Positions 50,588-61,073 of a DNA stretch of 64,000 nucleotides are shown piece by piece (position 1 is the first letter of the stretch; every line of letters begins with the position of its first letter). The position numbers and the translations under genes are program-made. Below the pieces are notes generated by a model. That model was not told the origin of the DNA. It saw nothing but the letters and a program-made list of their open reading frames with translations, and did not search any database. The DNA lies in the NCBI GenBank assembly GCA_029262415.1, contig JAJCZL010000038.1:6137-70136 (forward strand), written 5' to 3'. The stretch is from Deltaproteobacteria bacterium. GTDB lineage: Bacteria > Desulfobacterota > Binatia > UBA1149 > JAJCZL01.

Positions 50588-51733
50588 TCATCCCGCCGGA
50601 GCTTCTGCGGTGTCGGCGATCTTCTTTTCCGCCTGGTCGGGCACCAGAGTTTCGACGTCGTCGCCGTCACTCAAGCGGTGCTGACCGCTCACGACGATGC
50701 GTGCGCCGGGTTCGATCCCGGAGATGACTTCGACCTTCTGCGGCGTCCTCGTGCCGAGTTCCACAAGCCGACGCGTGGCCTTGTCGTTGTCGACGACGAA
50801 GACCCACGTCTGTCCATCGGCGGACACAACTGCCTGTTCGGGCACCATCAGTTGGTTGCGGCGTACCTCGGTCACGATCGAGATTTCTACGAATTGTCCC
50901 GGCTTGAGCGTGCCGTTGGTGTTGGTGATCGTCGCCTTGAGCTTGAGCAGCCGGGTAACCGGATCGACCCGTGGATCGATGAACGTGACCGTGCCGGTGA
51001 CGGGTTCGCGGCCCTGACCGGAGACTGTGACTTTTGTGCCTTCGTTGACGTCATTTGCGTGGCGGTCGGGAACACCGAACTCCACTTCGATCGGGTTGGT
51101 GTTGTAGACGTCGGTGAGTGGTGTGCCTTTTTCAACGAAGTTACCGGTATCAACCAGGCGCGCGCCGACACGGCCGTCGAACGGCGCGCGGATGCTGAAG
51201 TCGTCGAGCCGTGTTTGTGCGAGGTCGAGTGCGGCGCGCGCCTCGCGAGCCGCGGCGTCAGCGCCTTTAAACTCGGCGAGGGCCTCTTCGTAGGTTTCGT
51301 CGGCGATCAGTTTGTCTTCTATCAATCGTTTGTGACGCCGCAGTTTTTGCTCGGCGACTGCGAGCCCTGCGAGTGCGCGGTCCAATGCTGCTGCCGACAG
51401 CGCTCGCGAAGCCTCGGCCTTGCGCGCGTCGAGTTCGATGAGGATGTCGCCTTTGCTGACCTCAGCGCCTTCTTCGAAAAGGATCTGCGCGACGACAGCT
51501 TCGACCTGGGGTCGCATCTCTGCATGTTCGCTCGCCCGCATGCTGCCGACAGCGCGCAGAGTAATGACAACGTCCTCGACCGAGGGAGCCGCTGTTTCAA
51601 CCAGTGTGTGACGATCGCTGGGGCCGTGCGCCGAAGGCTCCGATCCGGTGCAACCAGGGCCGACGACCAACAGGCAGAACGCCAAGAGAACCGAGCCGCG
51701 TGTTGCGCGGGTAATTGCGAGCGTAGTGCGCAT
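50588..51733 (-). CDS. RND efflux periplasmic adaptor subunit (membrane fusion protein), lipoprotein
   Basis: Lipoprotein signal LLVVGPGCTG, then the coiled-coil / lipoyl / beta-barrel order of HlyD-family MFPs. Confidence 0.8.
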   Translation of the reverse strand: MRTTLAITRATRGSVLLAFCLLVVGPGCTGSEPSAHGPSDRHTLVETAAPSVEDVVITLRAVGSMRASEHAEMRPQVEAVVAQILFEEGAEVSKGDILIELDARKAEASRALSAAALDRALAGLAVAEQKLRRHKRLIEDKLIADETYEEALAEFKGADAAAREARAALDLAQTRLDDFSIRAPFDGRVGARLVDTGNFVEKGTPLTDVYNTNPIEVEFGVPDRHANDVNEGTKVTVSGQGREPVTGTVTFIDPRVDPVTRLLKLKATITNTNGTLKPGQFVEISIVTEVRRNQLMVPEQAVVSADGQTWVFVVDNDKATRRLVELGTRTPQKVEVISGIEPGARIVVSGQHRLSDGDDVETLVPDQAEKKIADTAEAPAG

Positions 51734-51866
51734 CGTGGTTGCCCGCGGCGTATGCCGAAGCATTCGCTGTGCCACGGGACATCTAACAGGATATCAGCGC
51801 GCGCCGAAGGTAACAGCCGTTTATCGGTGAGTCACGCGGGCGCTGCGGCCAGGTGGTCGCCGGCGC

Positions 51867-52721
51867 TCAGCGACCCGCTTTTACCGGGCCGGAGCGGTGG
51901 TTCATCAACCAATCCAGTATCGCCTGGGTTACACGTGGGTCGAACGCGTACTGCTTGCCGACGGTAGTGTCGCTCGCGACCAGCAGGGCGTGGTCTGCCT
52001 CCGGTACCGAGACCAGCGAGGTTTCAAACTTGGCATCTGCAGAGCTTTCGCGCGCTTCGAACGCGAACTTGCCGTATTTGTAGAGATCGTCTGGATCGCG
52101 TTCTCCGACAACGATCAGCGTTGGAGCTTTCACGCGGGTGATCTCGACTTCGCTGGCGCGGTTGGAAACCAGCACGACACCTACAGGCGGTTGGATCTCC
52201 TCATAGCGTGAGTAGATGCCTGCGATGGTGTCGGTACCGTAGCTGTGGCCGAGCAAGAAGACCCGACCGGTGTCTACGCGTGCGTGCTCGACTGCACGGC
52301 GATAGGCTTCGAGTGCGTTCGATCGTTCTGTGGCGTAGATCCCCCGGCCGCTCTTGCCGGTACCGGGTTTGTCGAAACGGAAAACGGCAAACCCGTGCTC
52401 GACGAGTTCCTCAGTCAGGAGAGCATACACGCCCCTCCCGCGATCTTCGCTACCACCGGGAGGAAGTCCGTTGCGGTTGATAGCGCCTGCTGCCGGGATC
52501 AGCACCACCAGGGGCGCGTGTGTCTGACTGGGAAAATCCCATTGGCCTGCAACGGTCGCATCGACGCTCTTGAACGTGGTTTCGACAACCGATGGGCGCT
52601 CCAACGTTGGGCGTGGGGTTGATGTGGCTGCGTCCGGTTCGGCGACTAATGTTAAGACGAGGGCGGCAGCGAACGCGACACTTGCAAGTATGGTGTGGGT
52701 TCCCAGGTCGCGAACGTGCAT
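51867..52721 (-). CDS. Secreted alpha/beta hydrolase
   Basis: Signal-like N-terminus, FLLGHSYGTD nucleophile elbow, C-terminal DH. Confidence 0.6.
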   Translation of the reverse strand: MHVRDLGTHTILASVAFAAALVLTLVAEPDAATSTPRPTLERPSVVETTFKSVDATVAGQWDFPSQTHAPLVVLIPAAGAINRNGLPPGGSEDRGRGVYALLTEELVEHGFAVFRFDKPGTGKSGRGIYATERSNALEAYRRAVEHARVDTGRVFLLGHSYGTDTIAGIYSRYEEIQPPVGVVLVSNRASEVEITRVKAPTLIVVGERDPDDLYKYGKFAFEARESSADAKFETSLVSVPEADHALLVASDTTVGKQYAFDPRVTQAILDWLMNHRSGPVKAGR

Positions 52722-52812
52722 TACGGTGGATCCTCCGGCGTCTGAACCGACGGCAGGCATTTACTGTGGGCCGCGCGAGCCGGCGAAGTCAAGGGAGACT
52801 CTCTGCCTGGGT

Positions 52813-54309
52813 TTAGGCCGGTTCGAGGGGGTCTTGCCAGGCGGAACGTCGAAACTGTACGGCTTCGGCGATATGTGCGGCCGAGACTGCTTCGGAGGTG
52901 GCAAGGTCTGCGATAGTCCTTGCAACCTGGCGGACACGGGTAACGCCCCGCGCCGAAAGACGCATGAGTTCTGCCGCATTCGCGAGCAGCGCGTTGGCCT
53001 CCGGCAACACCAACGAAACGGAGCGTTTCGTCCGGAACTCTCGCGCGCGTACCACACGTTCGCGCACGGTGGCCGAACTTTCGCCGCACTCGTCGGCGCA
53101 CAGTTCGGCGAAGGCGACACGTTCGACGGCGACGTGCAGGTCGATGCGATCGAGGATCGGTCCACTCACCCGCGCGCGGTAGCGCGCGACGGCGTGGAAG
53201 GAGCAGCTACAGTTCCCCGCTCCGGTGCGAAAGTAACCGCAAGGGCAGGGGTTGGCCGCCGCGACCAATAGAAAGGAAGCTGGAAAAGCCGCTTTCGATC
53301 CCGCCCGGCTCACCGTCAGCGTCTTGCGTTCGAGCGGTTCGCGCAACTGATTGAGGAGTTGGGCGGAAAACTCGGGCAGTTCGTCGAGAAAGAGCACGCC
53401 TTTGTGCGCGAGACTCGCCTCGCCAGGCACCGGATGGTAGCCGCCACCGACCATGCCGGCCACGGAAACGCTGTGGTGAGGGGTGCGTACCGGGCGTTGC
53501 GTGACTAGAGGCGAGCCGCCGGCCGAGCGTGTGAGGCCGGCAATGCTGTGGATCGACGTAACGGTCACCGCGTCTTCCAACGACAACGGCGGCAGGATGG
53601 TTGCGAGGCGCTCGGCGAGCATGCTCTTGCCGGCTCCGGGAGGTCCGGTGAGGAAGAGATGGTGTTCGCCTGCAGCCGCGATCTCGAGTGCGCGCCGGGC
53701 AGCGTGCTGCGCTCTGACTTCACAGAGATCGGTCTGGCTTGTCTCATTGCCACGGGCGAGCAGTGCGGCGATGTCAGTGCGGACCGGTTGGTCGCTGTAA
53801 CCACCGCGCACGAGCGTGAGTGCACTGCCTAACGAATCGGCAGTGAACACCTCAATGCCGCCACTTATTGCGGCCTCCTCACCGTTGGCTGCCGGGACCA
53901 CCAAGCGTTTGAGTCGACGTCGTGCGGCGATTCGTGCGGCCGGCAGTGTGCCGCTGACCGCGCGCAGGCGCCCGTCCAAGCTAAGCTCACCGAGAAATGC
54001 GGTCTCGGCGATCGCAGCGGGGTCGCAGTGGCCGGAGGCGGCGAGCAAGGCCATTGCGACGGCAAGATCAAAAGTCGCGCCTACTTTGCGCCGGTGTGCC
54101 GGTGAGAGGTTGACCAACTCTCGGCGTCGCTCGTAATTCTCTATCGTGGCTTGGATCGCTGCGCGTACTCGCTCGCGCCCCTCGCGCACGGCTGCGTCCG
54201 GCAAGCCAACCACAACGAAGGAGGGGATTCCGCCCGAGACTCGCGCCTCGACGCGGACGACGAAGCTGAGCACGCCCTCGTGGGCGCAGCTATGGGTAAC
54301 GGCGAACAT
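52813..54309 (-). CDS. comM: YifB/ComM-family Mg-chelatase-like AAA+ ATPase
   Basis: Lon-like N-domain, Walker [18 protein letters not shown]-terminal ChlI-like region. Confidence 0.85.
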   Translation of the reverse strand: MFAVTHSCAHEGVLSFVVRVEARVSGGIPSFVVVGLPDAAVREGRERVRAAIQATIENYERRRELVNLSPAHRRKVGATFDLAVAMALLAASGHCDPAAIAETAFLGELSLDGRLRAVSGTLPAARIAARRRLKRLVVPAANGEEAAISGGIEVFTADSLGSALTLVRGGYSDQPVRTDIAALLARGNETSQTDLCEVRAQHAARRALEIAAAGEHHLFLTGPPGAGKSMLAERLATILPPLSLEDAVTVTSIHSIAGLTRSAGGSPLVTQRPVRTPHHSVSVAGMVGGGYHPVPGEASLAHKGVLFLDELPEFSAQLLNQLREPLERKTLTVSRAGSKAAFPASFLLVAAANPCPCGYFRTGAGNCSCSFHAVARYRARVSGPILDRIDLHVAVERVAFAELCADECGESSATVRERVVRAREFRTKRSVSLVLPEANALLANAAELMRLSARGVTRVRQVARTIADLATSEAVSAAHIAEAVQFRRSAWQDPLEPA

Positions 54310-54427
54310 GGTGTCGGCGTTCTCGCCTGCGGGCGGGCAATCGGTCAATGACACAGCGGGTATAATCCCGGCCTGTCCGGCGTGCCGCCGATTTCGGTTC
54401 TCAGCGGTGTCGATTTATGATCCGGGC

Positions 54428-55000
54428 GTGCTGTTGATGATCGACAACTACGACTCCTTTACCTTCAACCTCGTCCAGTACTTGGGTGAGTTGGGTGCTG
54501 AGGTTGTCATCCGGCGCAACGATACTATCGACGTTGCCGATATAGCGAAGATGAAGCCGCAGGCGATCGTGATTTCGCCGGGGCCGTGTACGCCGAAGGA
54601 GGCGGGGGTGTCAGTCGACGTGGTGCGCGGGTTCGCGGGGAAGATTCCGCTTCTCGGGGTGTGCCTCGGCCACCAGTGCATCGGCGCGGCCTTCGGGGGC
54701 AACATCGTGCGCGCCGAAAGGCTCATGCACGGCAAGACTTCCGAAATCCAACACGACGGCAAGGGGGTGTTTCGGAATCTTCCGCAGAACCTCACTGCGA
54801 CGCGCTATCATTCTTTGGTAGTCGAGCGCGAGGCATTGCCTTCCGTTTTAGAGATAAGCGCGTGGACCGAACAGGGAGAAATCATGGGAATCCGTCACAA
54901 GAAACTGCGCGTCGAGGGCGTGCAGTTTCACCCGGAGTCGATTCTCACCGCCGAAGGCAAGGCGCTTCTCGGCAACTTCCTGGAGATGGCCGCGTCCTGA
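54428..55000 (+). CDS. trpG: Anthranilate / aminodeoxychorismate synthase glutamine amidotransferase component II
   Basis: [19 protein letters not shown], catalytic GVCLGHQ, and HPES. GTG start; the track ORF's upstream extension is antisense to comM. Confidence 0.85.
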   Translation: MLLMIDNYDSFTFNLVQYLGELGAEVVIRRNDTIDVADIAKMKPQAIVISPGPCTPKEAGVSVDVVRGFAGKIPLLGVCLGHQCIGAAFGGNIVRAERLMHGKTSEIQHDGKGVFRNLPQNLTATRYHSLVVEREALPSVLEISAWTEQGEIMGIRHKKLRVEGVQFHPESILTAEGKALLGNFLEMAAS

Positions 55001-55014
55001 CAGCGTTCGCCGTT

Positions 55015-55509
55015 GTGGCACTGGTCAGTGTTTTATCCTCGTCGTGTTCTGCGGTCGGTGCCGGCCGCGGCTCTTCCCCATTGGGCGGCGAAGAGATCTG
55101 CGTGCACGGAAAGGTTGCCGCTTCGCTTGAAGTCACTCGTGACGTCGCCGGTACGGTTCTCTCCGAAGAGGGATTCCGCACCGCGTTTCTTGGCGATATG
55201 ATCCGCGCAGACCGTCGGCACTACGCCCCGTCGCCCGAGGGTGTGCCTCTTTTAGGTTTTGTGTGGCCGATAACTCTACAGACGGGATATGACGGCAAAC
55301 CGAAGCGTCATCACTCGCTTCGCGTACAGTTGGACCTCGCCGAATCGCGCGGGCAGACATGCCTGCAGGTCGAGTTAACCTCAATTGGCTTCGACCTTGA
55401 TCCGTCCTCGGCCGGACAAATTCCACAAGCACTCGCAGCCACGATTGAAAGGCGCGTGCGTGGGCTCAACGCCTCTAACGGCGACCTAACCTCAGCGCCG
55501 TCTCAATGA
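55015..55509 (+). CDS. Hypothetical small ORF, lipoprotein-like (low confidence)
   Basis: Open frame after the trpG stop with a possible GTG start, VALVSVLSSSC. Codon usage is atypical (TTA, ATA, CTA, TCA, CAA) and local GC is lower than the surroundings. Confidence 0.25.
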   Translation: MALVSVLSSSCSAVGAGRGSSPLGGEEICVHGKVAASLEVTRDVAGTVLSEEGFRTAFLGDMIRADRRHYAPSPEGVPLLGFVWPITLQTGYDGKPKRHHSLRVQLDLAESRGQTCLQVELTSIGFDLDPSSAGQIPQALAATIERRVRGLNASNGDLTSAPSQ

Positions 55510-55605
55510 CGACACGCAAATTGCCGGCGCTGACCAAGCTCTTTGTCGCTCTTATGCGCTGCGTGTGATTGCGCGGCGGTTCGGTTTCGCTGTACGCCCC
55601 CCAGC

Positions 55606-56769
55606 ATGGAGGCGAATGCTCGAGTTCCGGAAGAAACCGAGGCCTGGCTGGCGGTTGCGCAGCTGGCGAGCGCGGGCAGCGAAGACTGGCTGCGTGCGGC
55701 GGCGCTGGCGGGTTCGGCCGCGGCGCTGTTTGCTGCAGAGCCCGGCGCGCTTTGCCAAGCAGGCCTGTCCGAGGCGGCAATCCGCCGTCTGCGGTCCTTT
55801 GACGGATGGCGAGAGATCGAAAGCTTACGCGCCTGCTGCGCGAAAAACAGGATAGAGTTCGTCTCAATTGCCGCCGGCGGTTATCCCGCGGCGTTGCGTC
55901 GGATTCAGGATCCCCCCGTTGTTTTGTACTACCGTGGTCGCGAACCGTCAGTATTCGACGGTGGTGTTGCGATGGTCGGCGCGCGCCGTGCGACCCGCTA
56001 CGGTTGCCGTATGGCGCATGCCATTGCGCGCAGGCTGGCGGCCGCAGGTGTGACCGTGGTCAGCGGCCTCGCCTACGGGATCGACCGGGCAGCGCACGAC
56101 GGTGCTTTACAGGCAGGGGCTACGGTGGCGGTTCTTGCGGGTGGGCTCGATAACGTTTACCCGAGCCGCCACCGCGCGCTCTTCGAACGTCTTGTCGCCG
56201 AGCATTGCGTGATTTCTGAATATCCCCCCGGCATTCCTGCGCTCGCGCGGCATTTCCCCGTGCGCAATCGTATCATCACCGGGATGACAACCGCCACGAT
56301 CGTCGTCGAGGCAGGTGAACGCAGCGGTTCGTTGGTTAGCGCCCGCGCGGCGTTGGACCAAGGACGCGACGTGTATGCGGTACCCGGCAACGCGGATTCC
56401 CCAGTATCGCGCGGAACCAACGCGCTGTTGCGCGACGGGGCCCCAATGCTGGCCTGCGCGAAGGACGTCGACGACGCTTTCGGTCTCAGCAGCGAGGCCG
56501 GCGCGGTTGGGGTGCTGGGCCCGGAAAACGCGTCGCCTGCAGTCGGCGCGGGTGCGCGTGGCTGGGCTGCGGTACCCGGCCCGGACCACCTCGACCTCCG
56601 TCGGGTCTGGGAGGTTTTGCAGAGTGAACCCCGCCATGTTGATGAGATTGTTGCCGAGACGCGACTTGACGGCGCACGCGTTCTGGAGTTGTTAACTGGC
56701 CTGGAGATAAGAGGTCTGGCCTCGTGTGCCGGCCCGGGGATGTTCACCTCCTTGCGGCCGCCTTCTTGA
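55606..56769 (+). CDS. dprA: DNA-processing protein DprA (Smf)
   Basis: Rossmann-like core VVSGLAYGIDRAAH...YPSRHRALFERL...FPVRNRIITG...SGSLVSARAALDQGRDVYAVPG. Start ATG 55606 or 55543. Confidence 0.85.
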   Translation: MEANARVPEETEAWLAVAQLASAGSEDWLRAAALAGSAAALFAAEPGALCQAGLSEAAIRRLRSFDGWREIESLRACCAKNRIEFVSIAAGGYPAALRRIQDPPVVLYYRGREPSVFDGGVAMVGARRATRYGCRMAHAIARRLAAAGVTVVSGLAYGIDRAAHDGALQAGATVAVLAGGLDNVYPSRHRALFERLVAEHCVISEYPPGIPALARHFPVRNRIITGMTTATIVVEAGERSGSLVSARAALDQGRDVYAVPGNADSPVSRGTNALLRDGAPMLACAKDVDDAFGLSSEAGAVGVLGPENASPAVGAGARGWAAVPGPDHLDLRRVWEVLQSEPRHVDEIVAETRLDGARVLELLTGLEIRGLASCAGPGMFTSLRPPS

Positions 56770-56802
56770 CTGCCGGATCGGATACGGTCTTACTCCTCGC
56801 TT

Positions 56803-59148
56803 ATGGCAGCCAAAAATCTTGTTGTTGTGGAGTCGCCTGCAAAGGCGAAAACCTTGAGCCGCTACCTCGGCCGCGATTATGTGGTCAAAGCCTCGGTCGG
56901 GCATATTGCCGATCTGCCCAAGAGCAAGCTCGGGGTCGATGTTGACGCCGACTTTGCACCTCAGTACGAGGTGATACACGGGAAAGGGAAAGTCGTTGCG
57001 GAGCTGAAAAAGGCGCTGAAGGGCAAAGAGCACCTCCTGCTTGCACCTGATCCCGACCGCGAGGGCGAGGCGATTGCTTACCATATCAAGGAACGCATCG
57101 TCCCGAAGTCGTTCAAAGGCACCGTCAGGCGGGTGCTGTTCAACCAGATCACCAAGAAGGCAGTTGCCGAAGCGGTGAAGAACCCGGTCGATCTGGATAC
57201 CGACAAATTCGAGGCTCAGCAGGCCCGGCGTGTCATCGACCGTCTGGTGGGCTACCAGATCAGCCCGTTGCTGTGGGAAAAGGTTCGCCGCGGACTCTCG
57301 GCGGGTCGGGTTCAGTCGGTTGCGGTGCGGCTGATCGTCGAACGCGAGCGCGCCATCCGCGAGTTCGCATCTGTCGAGTACTGGAACCTGACCGCGCTTT
57401 TGAAGGCTGAAGGAGACGTGCCGGTTACCGCTAAGCTCGTGCAGGTCGGCGACGACAAGATCGACACGCGCAATCTCAAGTCGGACGCAGAGTCGGGTTT
57501 CTTCGTCAAGAACGAAGGAGAAGCGCAGGCGATCGTTGCCAGGTGCGAGAAAGCCGATCCGTGGAAAGTCGTCGCCGTCAAGAAGTCGAAACGTCAACGC
57601 AAGGCGACGGCCCCTTTTATCACCTCGACGTTGCAGCAGGAGGCGTACCGCAAGCATGGCTTTCAGCCGCGTCGCGCCATGAGTGCCGCGCAGCGCCTCT
57701 ATGAGGGAATCGAGCTGGGTGATCGTGGGTTGACGGGTTTGATCACCTATATGCGCACCGATTCGCCGCGCGCCGCACCCGAGGCCGTCGATGCTGTGCG
57801 CGAACTTATCGGACAGCAGTACGGTGACAAGTATCTGCCCGTGAAGCCCAATGTGTACAAAACAAAGAAGAGCGCGCAGGACGCTCATGAAGCGATCCGG
57901 CCGACGACGATGGACTTTGCGCCGAGCGAGGCGAAAAAGTTCCTCAAGTCGGATGAGGCGAAGATTTACGCGCTGATTTGGAACCGTTTTGTCGCCAGCC
58001 AGATGGCCCCGGCGCAGTTCGACCAGACCAGCATCGACATATCGGCCGACGACTGCGTGTTCCGCGCCACCGGGCAGGTGATGCGGTTTGACGGGTTTTT
58101 GCGTGTCTACCAGGAGAGCACCGACGCACCCGATTCGAGTGATGACACGGCTATGCTTCCCGATCTCAAGGAGAACGACGTGCTCGGACTCGACAAGCTC
58201 GATCCGACCCAGCACTTCACGCAACCTCCGCCGCGTTTTACGCAGGCATCCTTGATCCGTGAGCTTGAAGAGAACGGGATTGGACGTCCCTCAACATATG
58301 CCGCGATTATGTCGACGATCATTGACCGTGACTATGTTCGCCAAGACGAGCAGAAGCGGCTGACGCCGACACAACTCGGTGAGCTCGTGACCGATCTCCT
58401 GGTCGAGTCGTTCCCCGATATCTTGAACGTCGAGTTCACCGCCGAACTGGAAGACCGCCTGGACAGCGTCGAGGGTGGTAAGTCCAACTGGCTGGAGATC
58501 ACCCGCAAATTCTACGAGCCCTTCATCAAGGATCTGCGGACCGCCAAGAACGGCGGCATGCGCGACGTTAAGGGCGAGGTGCAAGAGACTGAGGTCCCGT
58601 GCGAAAAATGTGGGAAGAAACTCGTAATAAAGTGGGGCCGCAACGGTGAGTTCCTCGCGTGTCCGACCTATCCCGAGTGTAAGTTCACCTGCAATTTTAC
58701 GCGCACCGACGAGGGCAGCATCGAGATCGAGCAGCCCGAAGTAACCGAAGAGAAGTGCGAGAAGTGCGGTTGCGAAATGCAGTACAAGTACGGCAAGTTC
58801 GGCAAGTTTCTCGGGTGTTCGAACTATCCCGAGTGCAAGACCGTCAAGTCGCTGAACCAACCGGTTCCGACCGGCATCGCCTGTCCGCCCAAGGATCAGG
58901 GGTGCGGTGAGGGTGAGATTGTTCGTAAGGTCTCGCGTCGCGGCAAGATTTTTTACAGCTGCAATCGTTATCCCGACTGCACTTTCGCGATTTGGGACAA
59001 GCCCGTCGCGGGTGCCTGCCCGGAGTGCGACGCGCCGTTCATCGTCGAGAAGACCACCAAGCGCGCAGGTACCGTACGCAAGTGCGTCAAAGAAGCGTGC
59101 GAGTACAGCGAGAGCGTGGCCGAAGGGCTCGCTGTCGAAGAGGGATGA
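56803..59148 (+). CDS. topA: DNA topoisomerase I
   Basis: Toprim N-terminus [12 protein letters not shown], catalytic-Tyr region, and C-terminal CxxC zinc ribbons. Confidence 0.95.
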   Translation: MAAKNLVVVESPAKAKTLSRYLGRDYVVKASVGHIADLPKSKLGVDVDADFAPQYEVIHGKGKVVAELKKALKGKEHLLLAPDPDREGEAIAYHIKERIVPKSFKGTVRRVLFNQITKKAVAEAVKNPVDLDTDKFEAQQARRVIDRLVGYQISPLLWEKVRRGLSAGRVQSVAVRLIVERERAIREFASVEYWNLTALLKAEGDVPVTAKLVQVGDDKIDTRNLKSDAESGFFVKNEGEAQAIVARCEKADPWKVVAVKKSKRQRKATAPFITSTLQQEAYRKHGFQPRRAMSAAQRLYEGIELGDRGLTGLITYMRTDSPRAAPEAVDAVRELIGQQYGDKYLPVKPNVYKTKKSAQDAHEAIRPTTMDFAPSEAKKFLKSDEAKIYALIWNRFVASQMAPAQFDQTSIDISADDCVFRATGQVMRFDGFLRVYQESTDAPDSSDDTAMLPDLKENDVLGLDKLDPTQHFTQPPPRFTQASLIRELEENGIGRPSTYAAIMSTIIDRDYVRQDEQKRLTPTQLGELVTDLLVESFPDILNVEFTAELEDRLDSVEGGKSNWLEITRKFYEPFIKDLRTAKNGGMRDVKGEVQETEVPCEKCGKKLVIKWGRNGEFLACPTYPECKFTCNFTRTDEGSIEIEQPEVTEEKCEKCGCEMQYKYGKFGKFLGCSNYPECKTVKSLNQPVPTGIACPPKDQGCGEGEIVRKVSRRGKIFYSCNRYPDCTFAIWDKPVAGACPECDAPFIVEKTTKRAGTVRKCVKEACEYSESVAEGLAVEEG

Positions 59149-60482
59149 CCGAACGCTCCCCGGTCGCAGTGATAGGCGGCGGCCTCGCCGGTTGCGAGGC
59201 CGCCTACCAACTGGCGAAACGCGGCGTAGACGTCGAGTTGTGGGAGATGCGCCCCGAGCGCTCGACCGAAGCGCACAAGACCGGCAATCTTGCCGAGCTT
59301 GTCTGCTCGAACTCTTTTCGCGACAATTCGAGCGCAACCGCGGTCGGGATCCTCAAGCAAGAGATGCGGGCGATGGGTTCGCTCATCATCCGTGCCGCCG
59401 ACCAGGCCAAGGTGCCGGCAGGTTCAGCACTGGCCGTCGACCGCGAAGTATTCTCTCGTGCAATTGAGGATGAGATCAAAGCGCTTGGACGGGTCACGCT
59501 GTGCCGTGGCGAAGTCGAGAGCGTTCCGAGCGGTGGTATTGTCATCGTTGCGACCGGGCCGTTGACCTCGGAGTCTTTGTGCAACTCGCTAACCGACATT
59601 CTTGGTTGCGGCCGCCTATACTTTTACGATGCCATCTCACCGATTGTGACCGCTGAGTCGATCGATATGGACGTCGCGTTTCGCGCTGCGCGCTACGGCA
59701 AGGGCGGCGACGATTACATCAACTGTCCGCTTGACGAAGAGGCCTACGAACGGCTCGTCACAGAGATCCTCGCCGCCGAAAAAATGCCGCTCAAGAGCTT
59801 CGAACGTTGTGTGCACTTTGAGGGTTGCATGCCGATCGAAGAGGTGGCGCGGCGCGGGCGGCAGACGCTTGCGTTTGGTCCGATGAAGCCGGTCGGACTC
59901 GAAGATCCGCGAACAGGCCGACGGGCACACGCGGTGTTGCAGCTACGTCAGGACGATGTCGAGGGACGCTTGTACGGCTTAGTCGGCTTCCAGACCAAAA
60001 TGACCTATCCAGAGCAACGTCGCGTGTTTCGAATGATCCCGGGGATGGAGAAAGCCGAATTCGTCAGGCTCGGCAGCCTGCATCGCAACACGTTCATCGA
60101 TTCGCCCGCGTGTATGACTGCCGCACTGACGGTTCGCGATCGCGACGAATTGCTCATCGCCGGGCAACTGGTCGGTGTCGAGGGCTACGTCGAGTCGGCT
60201 GCAACCGGCTTACTCGCAGGCATCAACGCTGCGCGACTCTTCCACGGCGAGCTTCCGCTGGTTGCCCCGCGGACAACGGCGCTTGGATCGCTCGCGCGTT
60301 ACATAACCGAGCCGGCCCGCAAAGAGTTCCAGCCGATGAACGCGAACTACGGTTTGTTTCCCCCGTTAGCGGGACGCGTTCGCGGCCGCGAGAAACGCAT
60401 CGCGCTTGGCCAACGCGCGGTTCGCGATCTGGGCGGTTGGTTGCGCGAGTCCGGTATCGATGCGGCGCCCGCCGTGTGCTGA
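59145..60482 (+). CDS. trmFO: Methylenetetrahydrofolate--tRNA-(uracil54-C5)-methyltransferase TrmFO
   Basis: [21 protein letters not shown]-binding motif and TrmFO/Gid core. Its ATG overlaps the topA TGA (ATGA). Confidence 0.85.
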   Translation: MTERSPVAVIGGGLAGCEAAYQLAKRGVDVELWEMRPERSTEAHKTGNLAELVCSNSFRDNSSATAVGILKQEMRAMGSLIIRAADQAKVPAGSALAVDREVFSRAIEDEIKALGRVTLCRGEVESVPSGGIVIVATGPLTSESLCNSLTDILGCGRLYFYDAISPIVTAESIDMDVAFRAARYGKGGDDYINCPLDEEAYERLVTEILAAEKMPLKSFERCVHFEGCMPIEEVARRGRQTLAFGPMKPVGLEDPRTGRRAHAVLQLRQDDVEGRLYGLVGFQTKMTYPEQRRVFRMIPGMEKAEFVRLGSLHRNTFIDSPACMTAALTVRDRDELLIAGQLVGVEGYVESAATGLLAGINAARLFHGELPLVAPRTTALGSLARYITEPARKEFQPMNANYGLFPPLAGRVRGREKRIALGQRAVRDLGGWLRESGIDAAPAVC

Positions 60483-60692
60483 ACGCTTAATCGCCGCAAG
60501 CGAAAATTGAGCAGACACCTCGGATATTGTTGACTCCCGGGTCCCTTCGTCCCCATAGTAATGCATTGCCCCGTCGGTTGGGGTGATCCGGAGCGGGGGC
60601 TTCGACGCAGTGGCGCGGGCGCCCGTCTCGGTAAAGACCAAAAACGCATGGTTCGGGTACGGCCGAACGATGATTGGTGTAAGGAGGCAGGC

Positions 60693-60962
60693 ATGACGAA
60701 AGCGGACATCATCGAGGCTGTCGCGAAGACAACGGGACTCTCCAAGAGGGGAGCTGCCGGTGCGGTCGATGCGACCATCATCAACATCTCTAAAGGTATA
60801 AAAAAGGAGAAGCGGCTCGCTCTCTCCGGCTTTGGTACCTTCACGGTACGCAAACGTAAGGCGCGTAGCGGGCGCAACCCGCGAACGGGCGAAGAGATAA
60901 AGATTGCTGCCAGCAGGACGGTCGGCTTCAAGCCGGCGCCGGCCCTGAAGAGCGGACTCTGA
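60693..60962 (+). CDS. HU/IHF-family DNA-binding protein (second paralogue)
   Basis: Strong AAGGAGG RBS upstream. GFGTFTVRKRKARSGRNPRTGEEIKIAA arm. Confidence 0.85.
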   Translation: MTKADIIEAVAKTTGLSKRGAAGAVDATIINISKGIKKEKRLALSGFGTFTVRKRKARSGRNPRTGEEIKIAASRTVGFKPAPALKSGL

Positions 60963-61073
60963 GTCTCGGCTCGAAGCACCTAAAACAACCCGCCGCCGGC
61001 CGTGGCATCGCCCTTTGTGTGGCGTGCCGCGACCGGCGGCTACTTTTGCCGCGTTCTCAGGCACAATAACCTA

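Noticed and set aside
54146-54427. Upstream extension of the trpG ORF
   Set aside because: It is antisense to comM. The PabA/TrpG N-terminus ([12 protein letters not shown]) begins at 54428.
56692-59337. 510-aa and 348-aa minus-strand ORFs
   Set aside because: They are antisense to dprA/topA, which are unmistakable. The compositionally biased translations are rejected as coding.
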